In this document: positions 21,621 to 35,300 of the stretch, in pieces
Numbering within the stretch: the stretch's first letter is position 1
Layout: each line of letters begins with the position of its first letter
Assembly (NCBI GenBank): GCA_043228905.1
Contig: JBHGNT010000003.1
Location: 24,304,001 to 24,368,000 of the forward strand
Length of the DNA stretch: 64,000 nucleotides
DNA from: Azolla caroliniana
Taxonomy: Eukaryota; Plantae; Polypodiophyta
Reading direction: 5' to 3'
Made by a program: the position numbers and the translations under genes
Notes under the pieces: model-generated
Databases searched by the model: none
The model's input: only the letters and a program-made list of their open reading frames with translations
What the model was told of the DNA's origin: nothing

Positions 21621-23821
21621 TATGATAATAAAAAAACGAGAGAGCTAGTGTATTACATTGTTTAAGTATTATGTCAACTTACATTAATCGAGTGCATTCC
21701 ACTCCAATTCCTACTCTTAACATCCTTTCTATGAGGATGACACAACACTTCGAGCAATGTCCTACCTTAATCAACACAATGGCTTAAAAGACAACAAATT
21801 GATAGGCACTAGAATATTATGTTACATTAATAACTCAACAGACAACAAATTGAGAAGCAATGAATTAGAACTTAATGCGAATACTTCATAGACAAATAAT
21901 TGATGGCCAATGAAATACATGATGCATCTATTAGTCGATTGACAATGGAATGATACTATTGTACCATTTGAATAAGTTCAAATGTTAGGTTGCTATCTTC
22001 TTGTTTAACATTAATGTTTTATTGGTCGAGTCGATTGACTAAGGGCCCCTTTCACACTAAAAATAACATTGCCTTTGTTTTCCTATTATACAATTGTGGT
22101 ATTTTGATCATGAAACACCCATTGGATGGTCAAATAGGCATGTAAAGCACCTATGTCTAATCATGGCTATATGATTGTGACACGCCTGTCGGATGGTCAA
22201 CAAGCATGGAAAGCAAGATTAGATCCAATTCCGAACAAATCATTCATAAGTTTGTTTTTCTCTACTAGACGACCTACATCTCGGCAGACAACTATGAAAA
22301 GTGTCCGAGTAGCTTACAAGCCAATCAGATGCTAGGGGAGATATTTCTACCTAAAACAATAGCTAGCCATGGCCCCCCATCCATCAATTGGTAACACTCC
22401 ATTCCATCACTTTCCACATAAGGGTTTCGTTAGAAAAAGAAAAGCACTAAATAGGCAAACATTGAACTAAAAAAAAAACACTAAAACTATTTCCTCCAAT
22501 AGGCAAACATGCTAAATAAAAAAACTTAGGCTCTCTCCTCATATATAATAATAGCTTCATGTCGACCTTTGTTTTTTAGTGTAAAAACTGACCCACGTAC
22601 TTACAAACGAAGAAACCTAGTATTAAAATACGAAAATAGTCAATACTTAAATTAGAAAACAGAAAATAGGAAATAAGGAGAGAAGAAGCACGAAATACGT
22701 AACAATATATGTATATTGTAAACTTATTATTGTAAATATTAATTTCGCGTGTAAAAAGAAAAGAATTCTGTATATTTACAAATATATACGGGCGAGAGAG
22801 AAAGGCTCTTGTCCGCCTTCGTCGTCTCCGAAGTTCGTCTGCTTCGCGGCTTCTCATCTTCGAACGCATCGTATGAGAACTGTTGCAGAAATATGAAACA
22901 ATCAAAATCTATCCATGGCGATGCTTCAGAGATGAAGTTCTTTCCCCTCTCTCGCCATCGCTTCCCCCTCAAGTCCCTTCGTCTGGATGACGCTATAGCC
23001 CCCTGCAGATCGATGCTTCGCGGACGTTTCTTACACACACGACGCACCTAATTATATCAATCTTCTGAATACATTGAAAAAGTGTTTGATTTGTCGTGTT
23101 CGTGGATCATCCTTCGCTTCCTCCTGCTTCACGTGAACCAGTAATGGCGATCTTCAATATATCGCCGTTTCTATCTGTCAAGAAACGATGCCAGGAAGAA
23201 GCAACAGAAGACGGATCGATGCAGGATCACTGACTAGAAATCCTTTTCTCTTTTCGCTCTCTCTCTCTCACTCTCTTCTCGTGTTTCTTCATTTTTTTCT
23301 CCTCCCCGTGGAGACACCGTGGAAGACGGAAGAAAACGATTCTGTGTAACACTTTCAGCGAGCTGCAGCTTTTCTATGTCTTGATTTCTAGTAAAGTCCA
23401 GGAAACACTTCATTTTCTTTTCTATCATTCTCTGATTGACTCCATCTTTCGCATTTCTGCCTGTAAATAACATGAAAAAGAGAAGAATCCCTAAAAGGTT
23501 TCGGGAAACGGTTGTGAAGGTTAGAACCGGAAAGTAGATTCCCTGTCAACGCTAAAGACTAGAAGTAACGAGTTCGTGGAGTTAGGAAAGGGGTGTGTTG
23601 AGTTGGAGAGACAGGAAGGGAAGTACTTTTCTCTCCCCGCCATCTCGCATTTTTGCTAGTGAAGAACGACAGAAGAACAACCCTTGAAATATATAGTGAA
23701 AGAACACGCTCTTTATCGGAAACGCGTTTCTGAAGCTTTGAATGATTGCGCGAGTTTCAGAAACGGTAAGGAAACGTTGCGTTTCCTGTCTTTCTTTCTC
23801 TCTCTATCTGAATGAGAGGAG

Positions 23822-26800
23822 ATGTCCACTGCCAGTACTGTCACTAACAGTAGAAACGGTGGAATAACAGAGACTCGTGGTTTCCATCGCCATCAAATGT
23901 ACTACAAGTCGAAAACTAAGAAGACTGCAACTGAGATTGCTAAAATGATTCGAAAGGCATGATTTCCTTTCTTCTCTCTTACCCATTTAAATTTCTTTAA
24001 CAATGAAAAACAGTACCATGTCAGATTAGTGTTATTCTCATGAATGTTGATTTATTCTTACCTTGCAATAGGGCTTATTCTTGTTCTACTATTGTGTGTA
24101 ATAGTACTCGTTATGTTTCCCTTCTTTACTCTTGTTTATCTGAAGTTGTTATATGTGTAGTATGACCACGGACTTGTTCATGAATAATTGAAAGTTCGTA
24201 AGGTTTTGTGCATATATTCTTTTATCCTTGTAAGGCTTCTCGTTGTACTTCTGTATGTATAATAATCCATGTATGTATCAAAGTTTCCTTTTTTCTCATC
24301 TATAAAGGTGTTACGAAGTGTTGTGGCAATGTACTTGTGTGTAGGAATTATTTGTTCTGGGAAAGCAAGTTCTGCTTTAGCTCTTTGCATGGTCCGCTGG
24401 ATTTATAGGGCGATAGACATGTTCATGAATTCTCTTATTAGGAAACAAACTTATTTGTCAGTTCCTCTTTTACATGTTCTTAGATTTATAATGGAATGAA
24501 CCTGTTTATGATTTCCCAGCATTGGAAAGGGAACTTCTGTTTTTTGATGATTTGTTTTGCTCAAATCTCTTAGATGTAAAGCATAATGTATCCATTGATG
24601 CATTGTTCCTCGGATTGGAATCGTTTCTTTCAACTTCTTTTCTTCTTATGCACAATTTTTTGAGATCTGTATGGAAGTAGACTTATTCCATGACATCCTT
24701 GGTGGTGAATATTATATTTCCCTCTCGTTTTACATGATGTGTAGAGTGGCCACCCTTTTACCGCAATGAACGTGATCCTGGATTTTTTCTTTTAAATAAA
24801 GATACATTTTAGACGTCTTTTCATGCTATATACAAAGCTGTTAGATTTGTAGTAGAATGGACTAGTTCTTTGTGAAGTCAACTTAGAGAAATATTTTGTT
24901 TGTCAGGCATGAAGAAGCTGTTGGATTTATATTTGAGACAGTTCAAGGTTATGCATTTGTTTTTTAAAAAGGGAACTTCTTTTTGCGTATAACATTGTTA
25001 AAACTTATAGTGGAATGATCACACTTATTACTTTCGATGGAAAGGATTTTTTTGTTCAAACTAGCATTAATTAATAATTTATTTGGTATGTTTTTTTGGT
25101 GAATCTCCCATTCAGTATGCATCATATTTGGACTTGACCCTTGAGTGGAATTGTATTTTTTTATGTGAGACAATTGGTTTAAGATGACGAGTTTTCTAGT
25201 TCTCCTTCCCTTCCATTGGTGATCACTTTTGAATGCATGTCAGTTTCCTAGTTTCTTGTGTATAAACTTGATTAAAGTGTTTTTATCCAGTGAAAATAAC
25301 ATTTTGCCTATGGTTTGCGTGAGCCACTATAACATTGGATCTTTGAAAATGTTTTTTATATTGAGAAACTTGTTAAAATAACAATCAGTTTTTATCCTCG
25401 TCCCATTTTGTTTCAGATCAATAGATCTTTTGTGCTGATTTTTCTTTCTTTCTTAAATTCATCCCTGTTTTCAGGGGCGTGCGTCATCCTCCGCTGCTTC
25501 TACCCGAGGTCAAAATGTTAAAAATAAGGTCAGTTCTCAGAGCTCCAAAATGTATAGCCGATGGTAGTATGATCTTTGCAATGTAGTATAGAACTTTTTT
25601 ACACTTTGTAAGATTGTCTCAGCCTGTGGCAAACCTGAGGCGATCGTCAAGGCAAAAGAGACCTACCACTCTGGGGGACTACGACTCTTTTAGTGACAAT
25701 GAAGATGACTTTGAATTGGTGAGACATTCATTTCCTCTAACCTGATTTTGGATTCAGGGACTTTATTAAATTACCTTGATGAATATCTTTAATATTTTTT
25801 TCTAACTTCTGTTTATAACATGGTAATATCCTTTTCAGAGACCCTGTCTCAACCTTTTAAAGCGTTGAGAGTGTTTAAATTACTATTCTGCTTTTTATTT
25901 ATGCATTTTGTTAAAGTGAAGGGAAATGATGAAGCATTTTTTTGCAGAGGCGGCCATTTAGGCAGTCAACAGGAAGGAAATCTAGTTGTGGTGAAGATAA
26001 GCCTCTGCCGAGACGTGAAGGCCTTAGGCCGAGGAGTACAACTCGCTCTTTGAGGCCAACATCTTCCGAATCATCTGATGAGGATGAAGAACAATCATCC
26101 TCTGAAAATGATGACATTGAAGAGGAGGACGAAGAAGAGGAGGAGAGAGAAGAAGAAAATGAAAATGAAGATGAAAGGGAAGATGAAGATGATGAGGTAG
26201 AGGGTAGGCGGCGTTATGCACTGAGGACTCGAACTGAAGTCCAACGCTTTTCTCCACATCATGAGGAAAGACCATTGCATCCACAAAGGTCTCCATCAAA
26301 ATCATTTGCCCAACAAAATGGTGGAAAACATAATCGGAAAGAGAAGCGTGTCAGCTTCAAGGCAAATAAAAGGCATCGGTCTTTGAGGGCCGATGAATCA
26401 GATGATTCTCTCTTAATTGATGAAATTGTACAATCACAAGGACCATCATGGCTCAGAGGAGGTATAATGTCAGGTCAATCATGGCTCGGTGGCGGGATTG
26501 ATTTGTTAGGATTTCAAAACCGGGATTTGAATCTATCAGGTTCTCAAAATGATCAATTGGCCAGTGGAATTCCAACAGCAGGATTGAGTCACAAAGGGGG
26601 AGCAGATATTCAGCCATTGCATGTGGATGATTCTATAACATTTGATAAAGTTGGAGGGCTTTCTGACTACGTCCAATCACTCAAGGAGATTGTATTTTTC
26701 CCTTTACTTTACCCAAAATTCTTTCAAAACTACGGTATCAAACCTCCAAGGGGCGTTCTTCTATGTGGGCCACCTGGTACTGGTAAGACATTGATTGCTA

Positions 26801-29800
26801 GAGCACTTGCTGCTTCAGCCACACGCGTGGGTCAAAAAATAAATTTTTACATGCGCAAAGGGGCTGATGTTCTTAGCAAATGGGTTGGTGAAGCAGAGAG
26901 ACAACTAAGAATGCTTTTTGAGGAAGCACAACGTAATCAACCTTCTATAATATTTTTTGATGAGATTGATGGTTTAGCTCCAGTGCGCTCAAGCAAGCAA
27001 GAGCAAATTCATAATTCTATAGTCTCTACTCTTCTTGCCCTCATGGATGGGTTGGATTCACTAGGACAAGTCATTGTGATAGGAGCAACCAATAGAGTTG
27101 ATGCAATTGATAGTGCTTTACGGCGACCTGGTAGATTTGATCGAGAGTTAACATTCTCCTTACCGGATTCGGAGGCTAGAGAAGAGATTTTGAAAATCCA
27201 TACTAGTTCATGGAAACAACAGGCGAGTGACGATCTCTGTAAGGAGCTTGCAACTGCTTGTGTTGGATACTGTGGGGCTGATCTTAAAGCTCTATGCACA
27301 GAAGCAGCAATTGGGGCTTTTAGGAGGAAATATCCACAAGTATATACCAGTGACGATCCTCTGATGGTTGATGTAAACTCTGTTCAAGTTAAACGCCTTG
27401 ACTTTCTAGAAGCAATGTCAACAATTACACCAGCTGCACAAAGGGGCACCTTAGTACAATCGATGCCTTTATCTTCTATTGTGTTTCCTTGTTTGGAAAA
27501 TCGGCTGAAATACATCATGGAATCAATATCTGGTATTTTTCCAATGCACAAAACAGAAGGCATTTCGAAGTTATGTGCAAAGGGTGCTGATCAGCTTGCA
27601 GCATTTTCTACTCTCCGATATGGGTCCTCTTACCCTTTTGTCTATCGACCAAGACTCTTGATATGTGGGAAGGAAGCAGCTGGAATTGTAAGTTATTAAT
27701 TCTCAATTATAACTCAATTAATATCAACCAGCTACTTTTACCTATTAAGTGATGTAAGTTATGAATTCTCAATTTATAACTCTATTGAGACGTGTTCTGA
27801 CTATACCTCTTTTTAAACAGGAGCATCTTGGTCCAGCGGTTCTTCATGAGCTGGAAAAATTTCCTGTGCATTCACTTTCATTGCCTTCACTTCTTTCTGA
27901 TATGGGATCTAGGACACCTGAAGAAGCACTCATAAACATTTTTAGAGAGTCGAGAAGAACCACTCCTGCAGTATTATTCTTGCCACAGATAGATCTATGG
28001 TGGGATACGGTATGTCTTGGACTAGAAGATGACATGTTCTTTTCAATATTGATAAATACTGTTTTTAATAATGTTTGCTTAATGTGTAGGCCCATGTGCA
28101 ACTCAGAGCTGTTCTCTTGATGCTTCTAGCAGAGTTACCATCCAATTTGCCTGTGCTATTTCTGGCTACTGCAAAAGTTCCTCAAGATGAACTTGATGAA
28201 CAAGTTGCAAGTCTTTTTGGTAGCTCCATGTATGTTCCTTTTTCTTTTCCTTTTGAGGACCAATTTGATGTATTCTGCTTTATGGTTAAGCATCTATTTA
28301 TCTATATTTTGGGAAATTTAGTAATGCATGTTATTCCACTCTACTAGCTAGAGATGTTTTAATGGTTTAACAATTTATTGATCAACAAAATTCTCTTATA
28401 TATTTTGATTAAATCACTTCCATATTGTTTCTGTTCTGCCAGCTATGAATTGGAATATCCAAGATCCGAGGATAGAGCTAAATTCTTTTCCCAGCTCCTT
28501 AAAACAGTAAAGGAGATTTCAGAACAAAAGTATAGTGAAAAAAATAAACCTGCCACCCCCCCTGCACTTCCAAAAGCACCCAGACAAGAAAGAGAGAGAA
28601 GCCGAGCAGAGTTGCAAGCTCAATGCGAGGAAGAGCAACATACTTTAAGACGAATGAGAATGTGCCTCAGGGAAATCTGCAACCGGTAAATAAAATGATT
28701 AAATGCATAATATCACCAAACAGTTTGTTCAATTTTGTATCCAGCAGTTTTTTGTTTGAAATGTTTCTTAATTTAAATGCGTTTTCTGCATCATTCATGC
28801 AGACTGCTGCATGAAAAATGTTTCAATGTCTTTCATTACCCAGTTTCAGAGGATGAAGCACCAGACTACCATGCAGCTATTCAAACTCCCATGGATGTCT
28901 CAACTTTGTTGCAACACACTGATAGTGGGCAATATCTTACCCGATCTGCCTTTCTACAGGATTTGGAGTTGATCCCACTTAATGCAAAGGTATGGTTGTA
29001 GTCAATGTATTTCTTTTGCATATTTGCATTTTAGACCATAGACCCTAGCTGAGGCTTTTATGATTTCTATATTTTCTTATTGATGTTAACCCATATTTTA
29101 TTTATGTTTATGAACACCGGTGTCAGGCATACCATAAAGATGATTATAATGGTGCTCGTATTGTGAGCAAAGCTTGCGCCCTTCGAGATGCAGTATGCTT
29201 ATAATCCTAATGTATCAGAAAAATGAGTTTTTTCTATTATTCAAATGCTTAATCTTATTCCTGGTGTTATAATGAGCCAGGCACATGCAATGCTGTCCCA
29301 GATTGATAAGGATTTAGTGATTCAGTGTGATGCGATAGCAGCCCAAGGGGGTCCTCTCAAATTGAATGAAAAGGAGCTAGAGTGTACTCAGAATAGTAAC
29401 CAACAAATTTCTCAGCAGACACATGTTAGTGCAAGGTTGCATGGTAATCAACCAGAAAGTGGTCTCTCTCAAAACCTGGAGTTGAATGCACGATTAGCAA
29501 GGCTTAATAGTGATGAAGATGTAGGAGGTATGTACACAACTGTCTTTTTAGTCTACTTACACATGTTGAGTGGGTGAGTTTGATCCATAAAATCTCTGAA
29601 GCTCTGCATAAACATTAAGGGCAGTTTATAAGAGACGGTTTATAATCTAGTATATGATTTATGGAGATCCTTTACATCTTTTATTGAAGTTGATATTTTT
29701 TATGGGACAATTGGACATATTAATACACCTTGAAATTTCATTTGAAACTCATGTTTTGACTAGAAAATGAATTTAGTTTCTAGTAGTCCATCTGTCTTGG

Positions 29801-30589
29801 ATTATACACGATGGTCCTTAGATAATATGCTTTTATTTTATTATGATTGAAGCGAGACTTGATTAGATCATGGTATCTATTTTGTTGCGGAATAGTTCGT
29901 CTGCACTCCCAAGTCATTTGGAATTTGTGAAAATTGCTCTGATTGTTACAGGCATTGGGACTTAGTGTGAACAGAAGTTTCTCACACAAGTCAATATTGG
30001 GCTCTTTCCCTTTTTGTATTTTAGGATATTAGGGCTATACCTTTTGAACCTGCCAATGTAAAGAAATAGAGAATTGTAAAGAAATCCAAATTAACTTAAC
30101 AGAGAATACTGAGTAGAGCCTTCGTATTGGCTAGCCTACATTCAAAGTTAAAATGTTTCCAAGATATAAACATGAACTTGTTTGAAGCTCATATACTTAT
30201 TAAACAGGTATTATTGTATTGATGTAGGGTCTAGTGGCAATGATTTAGTCTCCAAAATGGACTTGGAAGGACAAGAGGATGCTAACAATGCAAATGATTC
30301 AAATCCAATATCTCCTGAGAAATATCCTTCTGAGCATAGGAATCAGGAGAATGTTGAAATGGATTTAGATGATCCAATGATATTTGCTAGTAGTCATCAA
30401 ATCGAAAAGCTGAAAAAGCAATTCATAAGGCGCACTAAAGGGTATGGTGTCTCAGAGCTTGAAAAATTACATGCAGTCATCTGTCAAGAATTTCGGAGTC
30501 AAGCTGATTTTGATGATAGAAATTGGGCTTTCCAAGTTTTGAAACAAAGCATAGCAGGGGTGAAGGTGAATGTCGATTCAGAGCACTAA
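23822..30589 (+). CDS. ATAD2: ATAD2-like AAA+ ATPase with bromodomain (Arabidopsis At1g05910/BRAT1 homologue), 11 coding exons, ~1152 aa
   Basis: Exons 23822-23956, 25475-25528, 25623-25718, 25948-27687, 27821-28009, 28090-28229, 28443-28685, 28803-28989, 29127-29192, 29281-29527, 30228-30589; phases are consistent. Walker A GPPGTGKT, FYMRKGADVLSKWVGEAERQL, Walker B IIFFDEID, SRH ALRRPGRFDRE, bromodomain PDYHAAIQTPMD. The first exons are less certain. Confidence 0.93.
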
Positions 30590-31670
30590 ATGAGTCCTGC
30601 AGAAAGATTGCCTTCAAACTGTTTATCTATGGATATGGCGTTTTCAAACAACATTCCAGAAAATCAAATATACATCCACTCCCATTTCCCAAGTATATTA
30701 CATAGTGGGGCATTAAAACTGGAAACGGTTCACCAACCTTCAATATCAAGAGGATCCTACATTTCATTCAAATTCCTGCAGCTGAGAAATCTCATGGCTC
30801 TCAAAACTAAGATTTATTCCTTCAAGATTGAGGTGGTTTTCATCTGTAAATAATTGACTAGGACTACTAGTAGGACTAGTATTCAAAATGTTTTAGGTAG
30901 TGTCATCCTGGAGATGGAAATTTATATACATTTTCTAAGAAAGGAAAGTGCCGTCTTCTTCATTATTATCATTGGGAGTATATAGAGAATTTGGAGTTCA
31001 TAATGGAAGTTCAAATTAGATGATACCGAGAAAGGAGGTATAATATTGAGATCAATTTTAAACATATAGACAATTTGCAGGTTCAGATTTCAATGTAAAG
31101 AGCATCATCTCTGAAGCATGATGATGTTCTCCTTTATACATCAATCAAAAGTTTCTGTATGAAACAAAAATACGAGAGGCAGATGCAAAGCTCTGACCAG
31201 TTATATTGTGAAACTGTCGCCCAGATATATTTTGATTGATGAAATCTTTGCTTCGTTATTCATTAGTAATGTTGAATGGGCTTTTGTAAGGTCTTTCTTG
31301 ATGGGATATCTCGATTTGGGATGAAACGGTTGCTGAGATTTGAATTAAAATATTATTATGAAGATAATTGTATGTTTGTAGTATCATTGTATAAAATATT
31401 GTTATGCCATGCAAGTCATGGGCAGAATTGCTTATGAACCTTTTGATGTTCAGAAATATAGGATCGTTTTTTGCATTATTTTTTGATAGCTGTGTCATAA
31501 GTTCTGTTGGATATTTGTAGTGAATTTGAAAGTAAAAACAGATACATAAACTATTGACTAGGTTTGGAAGTGAATGGTCTCACGAATCAACATAGAAAAG
31601 GCTAGAATCAGTGTTTTATTTGTGGTTCAATATGATGTGGATGAGAGCTTAAAGCTTGTATAGAGCTTGC

Positions 31671-31885
31671 AGGAGCAGGGAGTGAGCCTGTTAGCTGAAG
31701 TTGCAACATTCCAGGTAATAACTAGCTAAATCCATGAGTATATGCCATGAAGAGACAAAGGTTGTACCAGTGAGAAAAAGTAAAAGGCCAGACCAACCTA
31801 CAAAAACAAGCCGATCACTTCCTAGCCAGTCATCCATACTATCAAACAAATCTTTTGGTTCCTTGGAAGATTTCCCCATCCCAAT
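31671..31885 (-). pseudogene. psbD: Nuclear plastid DNA fragment (NUPT) of the psbD 5' end, degenerate
   Basis: [31 protein letters not shown] / GTTFVSSW / LAS.YLE.CNF / AHSLLL matches the photosystem II D2 N-terminus, with internal deletions. Confidence 0.88.
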
Positions 31886-32305
31886 TAGCTCTATTTGTTG
31901 GGTGATGTAGATGCCACAACTAACTCCAACTTGCACTCACCCATATTTGTATTCATGATTAGTGTCTGATTTCAGTCCTTTAGGTTATATATTATATATT
32001 ATATCATAGAAACTATGAGATAGGATTTCCTATATTTTCATACATAATAACTATTAAATTTATGTAAAAGATTCCATAGAATATAGAGATTGTGCATGTA
32101 AGCACAGGTTGCAACAGCCAATTTAATATTAGATGGAAATGGATGCTACAAACACTATGTTTCAAAAGAACATGATCAAATAGAGAACTAATTCAGTCTT
32201 AATGATCATAACGTGTGCAATAATAACAAAATACAGGACATGGAAACAAAGAATTGACATGTAACTGAAATTTTCCTTCCCACATTCTTCTCACCAATGC
32301 AATTG

Positions 32306-35300
32306 TTAGCTTCCACGGTAGGTTGTGTAAGAGAAGGGGGACAAAAGAACTGGTACATGAAAATGTTCGGAGATCTGATTGGGCTTTATCTCAAATACAA
32401 CTGATACGTATGGATAAAAGCTCATTATGCCGAGCTTTTGGAAATATGTACCCGTATTAAATGTTAGTCGATATCTTCCAGTCATCACATTATTTGATGG
32501 TGGTATCAATGGACCTGATCGACCATCAGAATTTGTTATAGATGAGCCAAGGTTTATCCATTCACCAGATATTTGTCCTTCTGAACGGTCTTTCCAGATA
32601 TCCAATTCTACATCAATGTTAGCGCCTGGTTTCCCAATCGACACATCTAACACATGGGTAGTTATCGGTGGCCTTTCTATAGGCTGATTTGGTAACGTTG
32701 AAGAATTTTTTGCTTTTGCATTCACAACACCATCTTTAAGATGACCAGCAATCTGACCCATCCGCCGTTCTGCAGTCAAATTACCTGCCCACATCAAATT
32801 CATATTCAACAGAGAAACAAGAAGAATCTATAATTTGAATAATGGAATAACCAAAATTAGATTGACTTAAATTAGAGGAGCAGATACCAGATGACAACTC
32901 TGTGGTTAAAAATCCACGTTCTTGAAAGAGCTTTTCAAGTCGTATTTCTGTTATCTTTTGTTGCTCAGCAGCAGCTACCTGAATTTCATCGATATGTCTG
33001 CTACCATATCGCTCCTATCAAAGCATGCAAGGGAACTAGTGTCATTGACTATGTACTAGTCAAACATGGTGCCTTTGATTTGATATACAATTTTGAAGTT
33101 GACACATTAGAGGAAATGGGTTGTCACATTGTCATTTTTCAAAAACACATAGTGTGAATTTACAGAAGGCATGATGGAATTAGCATAAAGAGGATGCAAG
33201 TAGAAGACTCACCAGATCCAGTATGGGTCAACGATTAATAAGGCAGCCAAGCACAAGCATAAGGTCACACCGAAAACACTATGAACTTATAAAGAGACAC
33301 GATACATTTTTGTGCCATAAAAAGAGCCAAAGGGGACATGTAGAGCTATAACAGGAAAATGCATGGAGAGGGAAATTTCTTCTTTGCTGAAATCTTCACA
33401 TGACCAACATCTATGCAGATAATAATTTGAATATAAAAAGGTAACAAAAAATATGAAAAACCTCAGAATGGCAAGGCTGCATTTGTACTTCACCCATGCT
33501 CAGAAATGCTAAACTGGATTCCCACAGTCATTAAATAACAAGTACAACGTATCAGACAGAATACAAATCAGCACACCAGTATCACAAGATTATGGTGAGA
33601 TCTTGTATGGCTAAACTCCTTGGCAAGGGCTGTAGGACAAGCAGGTCTCTAACCAAAACAATCGTCTGCGGTCAGCAATGGAGGAGAGTCAGGTGTAAAG
33701 GACACCCCAACCCCACAGGCTATACCAACATGTGTGAAAGCAATGGTTGTCAGGTTATATCAGATAAAGATGTTGTAGACAAACGAATGTTTTTCTAGAG
33801 AATTCATGAGCACCATGGTAGTGAAACAAGGATGCCCAGTATCATCCCCATTCTATGCATTGACCAAATAGAAGAGTTCATCCAAAGAGCATAAGGAGAA
33901 CATGACAAGAAACCAGCCATTGGTGTTACATAATATTACTTCTTGAGTGTTTTTCTACATAAAAAAAGTAAATAAGATAAAAATAGACTCATCTTTGTTA
34001 ACAGTACATGTAAGATTCTCAAGTCATATATATTGTAATTTTTGTTTTTGAAATATTTCTAGCATAGGTCAATCCAGAATGGAGAGGTCTCCGAAGCAAG
34101 GGAAGAACCTACGATGTCAAGAGATAATGGCTTTTATCTATCGATGACAAAGGTGGTGAGATCGCAGTCCATGGGGCCGGGCCCTACATGCACAACAAAT
34201 TGCTATTGCCCAATCTATTGTAGCCCTTTTGTTATGTCCTAGTTGGGAGCCCATTTGTGTACCCCTTGATTGACTTGTAGCATGAGTGGGAGTGATGGGG
34301 CTAAAGAAAGTTGTGATTGTTCTTTGTGGTTGTATTGCTGTCCTTCAACAACTTTTCCATGTGGGTCTTGAATTCCAGCAAGAAAAGTCCCAAGCACCGT
34401 CAGTCCTTGTGTTCCATTACCTTGTGTAATGGGCCAAAGTCTTGTTTAAAGAGGTAATGGTATCTCCCTCTTACTTCATAAAAAACAATACACTAACAAA
34501 CATAGTGTTCTTCTGATTCCACTCCCTAATGACACAATTGGCAAATTCAAAAGTTTCTTATAGTGGGCCATCTTTACAACAAGTGATATTTTGGGGATGA
34601 TCCATTTTATCTTGTTTTCCAAGTTGATAATAGCAGTTCGGATCACTCATGTGGACGCAATTGGAGAGGCCATTGGTGATGATGTTATCACACCAACTCC
34701 GAAGCAAATTAACAGTACCACATGACATGATTAGAGCTGAGTTCACTTTAACCCCGATGTTAGTAGCACTCTTTCAAATTGTAGTCTTTATTCATAGGAT
34801 ATAGGATACATAGCCAACCACATGATAGGATATCTCATCAAGCTTTTGAGGTATCTCGATCACTATATGAGTCTAGCTATACTAGCTCATGGTATGGCAT
34901 GATGGTGAGATGGCTTCATGCAAACGGTCTAGAAATTAATACCTACCTCCCCTTAGGTACAACCACGCAATTGATAACACTTTAATCTCTCATGAGGACC
35001 GTAATAAAGTAATACGCCAAGAAATATGGCAAATTTACACTCGGTATAAATGGATCGCCCCACTAGTGCCAATCCCAGCTAAAATGTTATACTATAAGGA
35101 ACACTTCATGCACTTCTCTAAGTTAGGTTTTATTATACGACCAAAATATCTAGATGCATTCTTACCAAATGCACTAAGGGTTGCCATTGGACAACTTAGA
35201 ATATCATCTCACCAACTTGAGATTGAGAATGGTCATACTAATGGCATCCCTAGAGAGGAAAGGATGTGTACATTATGTCACATAGAGATAGAGGAGGCGT

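Noticed and set aside
33213-33240. Possible extra TTL exon ending in GTGAG
   Set aside because: It contains an in-frame stop, and the expected peptide (ERYGSRHIDEIQ) is already in exon 33014-32888.
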